Shown here: positions 55,106-64,000 of the stretch, one piece after another
Numbering within the stretch: the first letter of the stretch is position 1
Layout: each line of letters opens with the position of its first letter
Origin: Ministeria vibrans ATCC 50519
Taxonomy: Eukaryota; Protista; Filasterea
DNA length: 64,000 nucleotides
Assembly: GCA_943704425.1 (NCBI GenBank)
Contig: CALSCP010002250.1
Coordinates: forward strand, 15,736 to 79,735
Direction of reading: 5' to 3'
Translations under genes and position numbers: made by a program
The notes under the pieces: model-generated
Told to the model about the DNA's origin: nothing
Database searches by the model: none
The model's input: only the letters and a program-made list of their open reading frames with translations

Positions 55106-56034
55106 ATGTTGAATTTGTTATGGCGCGCCGGTGTGAGAATACGTGCATTCCCTGCGTCTGTGCGGCTACCAGTGAGGCGTGGGGGTGCAGTAGTGACGTC
55201 GCGCGTGCGGTCGTTTGCGGCGTCGGCGCAGGGGCACGGGCGCGGGCTGATGGCGCGCTTTGACGCTGCGCTGGATCAGCGGCCGTGGACGACCAACCTG
55301 GTGGTCTGCGTGGCGCTCTATGCCGTGGGCGACACTATTGAGCAGGTAGGCGGCGTGGGTGGGGGGCAGTGCGTGGTTGCGCTCCGGTCCGCTTATCGCG
55401 TGACTTCTGTCGCGGTGTACAGCGCGATGCGGTCTGCTCACGGCCACCGCTGCGTAGGGCCTGGAGTGGTACTGGGACTATGACGCGGAGGAGGAGAAGC
55501 AGGCGCCGGCGGTGGCGGTGGAGGCGCAGGAGGCGCAGGGGAAAGAGCCGCCTGCGTTTGACTGGGCGCGAATGTTGCGGATGTCTGCGGTTGGCGTCTA
55601 CGTCGGCCCCATGCAGCAGGTATGGTACAATTTCATCGACGGTCGGTATCCCCATGCCGTTATTGGCCATGTAGTTCGAAAGTGTCTTCTTGATCAGGTA
55701 ACCGTCGAAATCCCAAACCCGAAATGGGCTTCTAACCGTTGTATTTCCATCGTAGATTATATTTGCACCCGTATGCGATTCGACTTTCTACATGTCCCTC
55801 TGCCTACTGGAGCGACGATCCTGGGAGTACACCAAGAACGAGCTGTCGGCCAAGTTTCTCCCGACTCTCCTTGTCGACACCTTAATGTGGCCGGCCGCTC
55901 AGTTCATCGGCTTCTTCTACGTGTCCAACCGCTACCGTGTCACCTACGTGTCCATCCTCACCCTCTTTTGGACCATTTTGCTCAGTGCTGGAAAGCACAC
56001 TGATGTGCTGAAAGGAATCATTCCAGACGATTGA
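55106..56034 (+). CDS. Mpv17/PMP22 family protein with mitochondrial presequence, 3 exons
   Basis: RPWTTN..GDTIEQ, FDWARMLRM, GPMQQVWY, RKCLLDQIIFAP, WPAAQFIGFFYV..YRV. Confidence 0.92.
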
Positions 56035-56276
56035 ACATCAACAATATAATTTGTTTGTTTACTGTTTTTTTCAAACTTTCAACAAAGGTTTCTCACACAC
56101 AGATTACTACGTATATCATCTATTATCACAGTGTTAGGTTGTACATGCAGTAGAATTGTAACTACATCTTGTTGGTCTCGACTCTCGTGGTGACAATCAT
56201 ATTTTTCTAACACACGATCGCAAACAAGAAGAAATACGTAATCGGGATCTCTTGTGAAGTATTTAGGGGGTAAGGT

Positions 56277-56292
56277 GGTGTTGAAAAACACC
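56277..56292 (-). other. Histone mRNA 3' stem-loop
   Basis: Sense sequence GGTGTT-TTTC-AACACC then ACC: 6-bp stem, 4-nt UUUC loop, 53 nt after the H2A stop. Confidence 0.85.
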
Positions 56293-56345
56293 GAGGTTGG
56301 TTAACTTGTTGTTGTGTTTGGGGAGCGAGAAAGGGCGAGGAGAGT

Positions 56346-56937
56346 TTAGTACTCCTGGCTCTGGGACGCCTTGGCTGCGTCCTTCTTGCTCTTCTTGGGC
56401 AGGAGCTGCGAGTGGATGTTGGGGAGGACACCGCCCTGGGCAATGGTCACGCCGGCGAGCAGCTTGTTGAGCTCCTCGTCGTTGCGGATGGCGAGCTGCA
56501 GGTGGCGCGGGTTGATGCGTGTCTTCTTGTTGTCACGGGCAGCGTTGCCAGCGAGCTCAAGGATCTCGGCACCGAGGTACTCCATGACGGCGGCCAGGTA
56601 GACCGGGGCGCCGGCACCAATGCGCTGAGCGTAGTGTCCCTTGCGCAGCAGGCGGTGGATACGGCCAACGGGGAACTGTACAGAAAAAAAAAAAAGATTC
56701 GTTAGAACTTGGAGAAAAAATCGCGCGCGCGTTTTGAAAGCAAAAAAAAAAAAAAAGGACTCGTCAAATTTGGGCAACGCCGACATCGACATCGTCCACC
56801 ACCCCAAGCCAAGAGGTCTGAGGACACAAGAGAGAGCGGGCAGGGCAGCGTGTCGTCCATACCTGAAGGCCAGCGCGCGACGAGCGTGTCTTGCTCTTGG
56901 AGGCGGAAGCCGAGGATTTCTTGCCACGTCCGGACAT
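56346..56937 (-). CDS. H2AX: Histone H2A.X, 134 aa, one intron (exons 56937-56863, 56675-56346)
   Basis: [25 protein letters not shown]|[13 protein letters not shown]...[18 protein letters not shown]...SQSQEY with C-terminal SQEY motif. Confidence 0.97.
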
Positions 56938-57052
56938 AATAGAGAGGGTAGGTAGGGTGGGTAAGTTCGGAAGAGAGGAACAAAAGTGATTAACTTTGTG
57001 GTTTGGCGAGTTGTACTCACTGATCGGTCGACAAACAAAAGAATCGCCTGCT

Positions 57053-57063
57053 GGCCAATCAGC
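57053..57063 (+). promoter_or_regulatory. Candidate CCAAT (NF-Y) box upstream of H2A.X
   Basis: GGCCAATCAGC about 120 bp upstream of the ATG in inverted orientation; CCAAT boxes are common in histone promoters. Confidence 0.45.
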
Positions 57064-57688
57064 GGCGCGCTTATGCAGAGACCAACAAAGAACTCAAAAC
57101 AGCTCAACGACGACAGCACTGGATGCTACTATAGCGGGAAGTTAGAGAAATTAAAGCCTAGTCGTCCGTGGGAGGACGCTTGGTCAAGGCGAGGCCATGT
57201 GGGAGGAGAGAGGGGGAAGGAAACCAAAACTTGAACAAAACTTTCAGCCAGAAACGCAGAAGTGAACTAGTCAACCAGTAAAGATACTGCCCGGGGCCGG
57301 GGGCCCAGTGAGTGAGTGCCCGGCCCACGGCCCACAAGATTTTTTACTCATTTGTACTCATTTGATGGTCTATCGACAAATGAGCGCCTGTAAGTAAAAA
57401 GGATTTTATTCGTACACATTTTCGCGGATTTTATCAGTGTCATTTTCGTTTAATCCGTGTTGTCGCTTTTCGTTTTTACTTTGTGAATTATGAATTGTGA
57501 ATTTTGTGATTGACACTGATTGTTACTGATTAATACATTGGAGAACTTTTATTGTCTTATTGTCTTCTTCATCTTCTAAAAACTAATTGACTCATTTGAC
57601 TATAATTATTATTATTCAAATGAAGTGAAAAGTTTACGTCTTACGTTTTTTACTAATGATAATGAAATGATAATGATGAACTGAGACG

Positions 57689-60600
57689 TTAAAGAAGAGC
57701 CACATTATCGATAGTCACAATGTTGAGAAAGGCCGAGTTGTGTGGCGGAACCTTGGTGAGGCCCAACGGGTCGCGAGCGGTAGACGCCGCGACCATGACA
57801 AGAGCGCGCGAGTCAGACTGCGTGCCATTGCGGATCACGACGAGATTGACCGGGAGTGGCGGGGTGTTGACAGGAAGCAAGTATGGATCAATGGCATTGG
57901 GAACGGGTCCGTTGAGGGCGGTTCCGCTGAACGGGATGGGGACCCACAAGGGGGGTGCAGCAACACCAATGTGGATGTACTGGCACAGAGTGATAATCGA
58001 GTATAATTCCACTGTCGCAAAGAGGAGTGGACCTGACACGGCAAGGGAGAGATAGATATCGCGACTAGGCGTTCCGCCGTTGTAGTACGTCGAAATATGG
58101 ACAGAAGTGCCTAATTAAGGATGGAGGTATAAAAAAATTGGAAGAAGAGCGGTGACCGATAGATGCTCACCTGGGCCTCGAGAAACGCGTGAAATGAACT
58201 CTGCGTCTCCACCGCGATTCAAAATGAACTGGTCCGTTGAGGGAGTTCCATAAGAACTGAGTGTGGCCCCTGAAAGATAGCAGGCCCCGTTCGAGCCGCA
58301 CGCAGTATCGGTCACAGTCGCTAAACACAAAAGAAAAAGGAAATATTCGGGAAATAAAGGTAATTATGGTGAGTGAGACTTCCTAATTGACCACAAAGTT
58401 GATATTGCTTCATACTGAATTCAGTAAAGGGAAGGGGAAAGATCACACTAGCAGCAACGAGAGTCGATGGCTCAAGAAAGACAACAAAACTGCGCTGGAT
58501 AAACATTGGTGTGCCATCAAAAGTGCCAAAGGCGTCACCAGCCAGCACAATAAGCTCAAGTGACGCACTGTACGACACGGACGTGCCTGTATAGAAGAAA
58601 AAAAAACAGAAGCAGTCAGCACAGAGCGCGCGAGAGACACCAAGTACACACACACGCCCAAGTACACACACGCGCGAGAGACACCAAGTACACACACGCG
58701 CGAGAGACACCAAGTACACACACTCTAGGCTAGGCTCTCGCATACACACGGTAATTCGCATGCCGACTCACAAAAAAAAACAAACTGATGCATTGCTCAA
58801 ATGACGCACACACATAGAAAGTGTACCTTTGACGTAGCTGCTGGAGGTGGAAGGAGCAAACAACGATGAGGAGGAACCAGCAACGCCTGAGAGAGAAAAT
58901 GAGACGAGGAATGTTCCGAGTGTGTGAAGAGGATTGAATCCCCCATTTGGAGTGATGGGTTCTCCGATAAAAGTGGAGGAAGTACTCCATCCCTATACGA
59001 AGGCGTGTAAGACATTAAGGCAAATCGTGTGGGAAATATGCTTCTTACAACAACAGTGAGTGTGTCGGAGTTGGATGTGGGTGCGTGAGCAATGGCAACA
59101 TAGCGATCGTCCCCATCTGCGGAGCCCGTCTCATTGTACCACACCACAGAGCCATCAGACGTGTCCACTTCCATAATCAACTAATAAAGGCGCGACAATA
59201 AAATATATAAATTAGCACATAAACTTCGTCTCAAGTCACACACACACAAACAAACAGACGACATGCACAAACAGACACACACACACACACAAATATAATA
59301 TTATATTATCAATATTATAATCATAAATAAATTTATAATTATACTGGTTTCGACTGTGCTCGCACTGCACTCGCTCCTGCAAGACTCCCATACGTCAATC
59401 CGACCACATACAGTCGATCGCCGTCCACCCCCACCGCCCCAAATGCCTCGTCTTGATGTTCACTCCCAATCAGTCGCGTCCACACATCCGCCCCGGTCGC
59501 AATCTCAACTTTGACAATTAGGACGTCAAGGTCTCCATTGCCAGTCACTCCTCCAATCGGCCCCTCCGCCGTGCCCACTAGATACGCGTAAGACCCCAAC
59601 ACAACCACATCTGACGCCCATGTGTTGTTGTTTGCTGCCGAACTAAACACCCGCGGGTACACTGGAGTCCGCTCGCAGTTGGTCCCATTGAATGCTGGCA
59701 GACACAAACACGAATAGCCAAGCACGCCATCCACACACGTGCCCTCATTCACGCACGGACTCGAGGCACACTCATCAATTTCAGTCTCGCAACGCAGTCC
59801 AGTGTAACCTGTCTGCTGACAGTCACACACCAGTCCGGCAGGAAACTGATTGACACACTCTCCTCCATTCTGGCAAGGCGAAGACACACACACATCAGGC
59901 TCGTTGCACGTACTCCCCACAAATCCCGTTCCCCCACACTCACACACCGCCTGCCCAAGCCCATCAAGGCATTGTCCGCCATTCTGGCACGGCGACGACG
60001 CACACTCGTCAATTTCGCTCTCGCACAATGTGCCGGTGTATCCGCTCACGCAGGAACACGTAAATCCGTCGATCGTGTCAAGACACTCACCACCATTCTG
60101 GCAAGGTAAGGATGCACACTCATCAACATCGCTCTCGCAAAGTGTGCCGGTGTATCCGCTCAGGCACGAACAAAGGTATCTGTCGACAAAGTGGTCGCAC
60201 ACTCCTCCGTTCAGGCACGGAGACGATGCACACTCGTCAACATCGCTCTCGCACACTGTACCAGTGTACCCGCTCGCGCAAGAACACAAAAACGAAGACA
60301 CCAAATCTTCGCATACTCCGCCATGCGCGCACGGTGACGACGAACACTCGTCAAAGTCTGTCTCGCACCTCGACCCAGACGTTCCCGCCGGACAATCGCA
60401 CAGAAATGAGCCAACCAAGTCAATGCAGGCTCCCCCATTCTGGCACGGCGACGACGCACACTCGTCAATATCGCTTTCGCACACTGTACCGGTGTAGCCA
60501 CTCACGCAAGAACACGCAAAAGAGCTCACAGAGTTGTCGCACACTCCACCATGCAGGCACGGAGACGACGCACACCCGTCAATCTCGCTCTCGCACATTG

Positions 60601-61390
60601 CGCCAGTGTACCCACTCAGGCAAGAACAAAAGAACGACGACACAGAATCTTCGCATGCCCCGCCATTCTGGCACGGTGACGACCCGCACTCATCCACGTC
60701 CGACTCACACTCGTCGCCAGTGAAGCCAGCCGCACACGAACACACAAAGGCACTCGCTCCGTCGGTGCACGCTCCTCCATTCTGGCACGGCGACGACGCG
60801 CACTCGTCAATCTTCTTGCACGTCGTACCTGTAGCACCAACAGGGCACACACATGTAAACGCACTCCCAGACCCCGCCAACACGCAAGTGGCCCCCCCAC
60901 CGCAAGGCGAGCTCAGACACGACACTTCCTCCTCGCACAACGCCCCAAAATACTCTTCAGAACACTCGCACGCAAACCCACCGCCACCGCCACCAGGTGA
61001 CAGCGTACATGCTGCACCATTGGCGCACGGCGAGCTGTCGCACGGTGCCAGCCAGACGGCGCACGTCGCGCCCGTAAATCCCGACGCGCAACTGCACAAA
61101 AACGCATCACCCGACGCACCCACGGAACAAACGCCGTTGTTTTCGCACGGCATCGACAGACACGGATACGCCATTGTAACATACGCAAGGATGTGGTCCT
61201 CAAGCGTGACGTTGTTCACTACGAGCGACGCAACAATGTTGATCTGTTCGCCCGTGACGAGTAAATCGCGGTCGCCAGGCCCGGTGGAGCCCACCGAGGC
61301 TACCTCGACACTTCTGCCTCCACCTACAAAAAGTAGCACAAGCCAGATGGCAGCTGCAGGGAGCGAGCTCGCGGCACGCCGAATCATCAA
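57689..61390 (-). CDS. Secreted protein with 13 Notch-type EGF repeats plus SBBP-like beta-propeller C-terminus, multi-exon
   Basis: Signal peptide; repeated DECASSPCQNGG.C.D....F.C.C..GYTG..C; then YLVGTAEGPIGG..GNGDLDVLIVK...VWTRLIGS..DEAFG..DGDRLYVVGLTYGSL. Downstream exons run to stop at 57689 (boundaries approximate). Confidence 0.85.
58626..58723. repeat. 26-bp minisatellite GCGCGAGAGACACCAAGTACACACAC in intron
   Basis: Three full copies and one partial copy. Confidence 0.9.
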
Positions 61391-61500
61391 ACGCAGTCAA
61401 TTGCAATAATTGTAATCGTTTGATAGATCAGTTTCTAAATCGCTCTGGCCCCTCACTTCTTTCTCAGAGTTATTTATCCCTCTGGTAGCACTCGCTAGAT

Positions 61501-63084
61501 ATGCGGCGTGTGGCACTGGCTTCTCTGTGCTTAATATTGGCGTGCGGCTCGTCGTATGCGTCCGATCAATGTTCGAGTGACGCGAAAGGGTCCTCTTGCG
61601 GTTGTGACAGTATTTCGCGCACTCTCGACAGCACTACGTCGTCCTCCGCCAAGAGAGAAGTAGAATTTCCCATGTCCGCGTCCTTGGGTGGTATGTGTGG
61701 CGAGGGATGTTTTCATATGAACTGTTCTTATCATCACAATACGTTCCGTTTGATGTGTTTGTCTTCGTTGCAGACGACGACGCGCCCATGGCCGAGTTAC
61801 CCGGTGGCACCTTCACAATGGGTCTGAAAGAGGCTGTGATACCCGGCGACGGCGAGGCTCCTGCCCGGAAGGTGACCGTTGGGCCATTCAAGATTGACCT
61901 GCACGAAGCAAGCGTCAGCCGTTTCGCGCGTTTTGTCGCCGCCACCGCCTTCAGAACGGACGCCGAGACGTTCGGTGACAGCTTTGTCGTTGAGTCCTTG
62001 GTGCCCAAGTCCGTCAGCGACACAATCGACAAAGCGGTTGCGTCGACGCCCTGGTGGCTTCCTGTCAAGGTCACACCTGAGACGTAGTATTCTTCCACTT
62101 GACCTCTTCTTGGTGTGTTTTTAGGGTGCCAAATGGAACTCTCCCTTTGGACCGGGCACCACAGCGAATGAAAATGATCCTGGTGAGACACACAAAGACC
62201 AGAAGCAAAAGAAATCATACCTAATCTCCGCACTTTGTTTCGCTCACCACATACCTAATTCACACCACCTCCATCACTTTGTTTCTGTCTCCTCTCTGTT
62301 TCTATCACTTTGTTTCCTTTTTTCTCTCTGCTTCTATTGTGTTTTTCCTTTTTTCCCCTCTTTCGTTTCTCTCACTTTGTTTCTTTCTTCTCAGTGGGTC
62401 ATTTGTCGTGGAATGACGCAAAAGCCTTCTGTGAATGGGCAGGCAAACGCCTTCCTACCGAAGCCGAGTGGGAATACGCTGCGCGAGGCGGAAAGGAAAA
62501 CAGAACTTTTCCGTGGGGTAATAACATGAAGCAACTATCACATAGTAATCATCAGCACTGCACTTTGTTGGATTAGGGAATGTGGAAAAACCTAAAGGAG
62601 AGCATCGGATGAACATTTGGCAGGGCTCTTTTCCTTCAGAAAACACTGCGGAAGGTAAGATTAGTCTCACCGACTTGAACCCTACTCCTAATCGTAATGG
62701 TAGCCCTAACCTTGAACTATCCTAAGCCTCACTCGCTCTCTTTCTTCAATGTCTCTCTTTGCTTAGATGGGTTTGCGGCGTATGCTCCTATTGATGCGTA
62801 TCCCCCAAATGGGTTTGGGTTATACAATGTCGTTGGAAACGTGTGGGAGTAAGTGGTTCACACACGGCCTCTAAATAACTGAATATTCTATGCGTGTCAG
62901 ATGGACAAGTGACGAATGGCACAACGAATTAGAGCCGGACAGTGCGCTGAGCTATGTAAAGAAGGGCGGTTCTCTAATGTGCACCACGCAGTACTGCTAT
63001 CGCTATCGAGTGGCTGCACGCACGAAGAACACGCCTGATTCCAGCGCATTTCATTTGGGTGTCCGTTGTGTCCAGGACTTGTAG
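61501..63084 (+). CDS. SUMF1: Formylglycine-generating enzyme (sulfatase-modifying factor 1), multi-exon
   Basis: Signal peptide plus CGC motif; [31 protein letters not shown]; NIWQGSFP; GNVWEWTSD; [21 protein letters not shown] with both catalytic Cys. Confidence 0.95.
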
Positions 63085-63302
63085 TACATAATCATCTCTC
63101 TTTGGCTTTGGCTTTACCTGTTGAAAAGTGGATGAAAAGCAACAATCACCCCATGGCAAACAAGATCATCTATCATGGCTGCATTAAGCATTTAGCATTA
63201 GGACGCCAAGGGATTGATCTTGTCGGAAACATTGAACTTTCTATTCAGATCCAAACTCCAAAGGGAAAAATTCACCATTTCAATTTTCGTCCTCCTCGCT
63301 CT

Positions 63303-64000
63303 ATGTCGCAGCCTCCCCCGTCGTATGCCCCTGGCTATGCCCCGGGACCTCCAGGATACGCCGCAGCGTCCGCATTCGCGTCTGCTCCCTCTCAATTTAG
63401 CTCTCAACCCTCCGCTCCGCAATTCCAGCCCCCTCCGATGACGCGCTCGTCAACAGCCATGACACTGCCCCGCGGCGAACCCTCTTCGATGATTGAGCTG
63501 AGTGTTCGTGTCCAAAACATTCCGAGGTTTGCAAACAAAGGAACAAAAAGAAAATGTTCAGCCGACTTTCGTCTCATTCCGTCTCTTCTCGCAGTCTCGA
63601 CACTTTCTCCGCGTCAGACCCCTTCTGTGTGCTGTTCATGATGAACAGCCGTGGGCACTGGGTCGAATTTGGCCGGACGGAGGTGCGAGAAGACAAAAGG
63701 AAAAGCTAAACTTCTCTCTGATGCACTGCTTTTTGTTTGTTTGTGTGCTCATTCAGACGATCGACAACAACAACAACGCCGAGTGGGTCAAGAAGTTCAC
63801 CGTGCCTTACTACTTTGAGGAGCGTCAGAAGCTCAAGTTTGGCGTGTGGGACAGTGATGGAAGTTCAGCGGATCTAACCAAACACGACTTGGTTGGGTAT
63901 GCACAAAACCCTAACCACTTGCAAATTCTCTCTGTCTCTCTCTCTCTCTCGATCACCTTGCTCTATCACTGTGTTTATCTCTTTGTTCTCTCTATCTTTT
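63303..64000 (+). CDS. Copine (C2A domain), Pro/Tyr-rich N-terminus, runs off window
   Basis: IELSVRVQNIPSLDTFSASDPFCVL..WVEFGRTETIDNNNNAEWVKKF..YYFEERQKLKFGVWDSD. Confidence 0.9.

Noticed and set aside
56346-57119. 257-aa N-terminally extended H2A as shown in the ORF track
   Set aside because: Read-through of intron and upstream DNA; the true exon 1 (MSGRGK...AGLQ) is in another frame at 56937-56863.
58626-58723. CRISPR-like repeat array
   Set aside because: Tandem units without unique spacers, inside a eukaryotic intron; no cas genes.
59339-61390. Notch, Delta or cubilin orthologue
   Set aside because: No LNR, DSL, CUB, ankyrin or clear TM segment; EGF repeats alone are not diagnostic.

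Overview
Gene-dense, intron-rich eukaryotic genomic DNA with six N-gaps, GT-AG introns mostly 50-250 nt, many microsatellites and intergenic spacers often only 30-400 bp. A receptor tyrosine kinase, Notch-type EGF repeats, IFT43, KIF19, flotillin-2, ABCD4 and SUMF1 together point to a flagellated unicellular holozoan (choanoflagellate-like); this taxonomy is inference. About 21 genes can be built by hand: FLOT2 (partial), F-box/ankyrin protein, cytochrome P450, a 3-exon secreted Cys-protein, IFT43, KIF19-like kinesin-8, cobalamin-dependent methionine synthase (MTR), ABCD4-like transporter, a 52-aa membrane microprotein, HUWE1/Tom1-like HECT ligase, TMEM245, HDAH-type deacetylase, inositol monophosphatase, aldo-keto reductase, a giant sushi-repeat RTK, a triple-module zinc-finger protein, MPV17-like, H2A.X, an EGF/beta-propeller protein, SUMF1 and a copine (partial). 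The strongest lead is MTR lying directly upstream of an ABCD4 orthologue (the lysosomal B12 exporter family), a possible eukaryotic vitamin-B12 gene cluster; the caveat is a scaffold gap between the two genes. Other highlights are an intron-containing H2A.X with a perfect histone 3' stem-loop, two genes invisible in the ORF track, and a dispersed intronic TATCACTTTGT element. Family assignments come from recalled motifs, not database searches. No rRNA, tRNA, CRISPR array or intact transposon was recognised.
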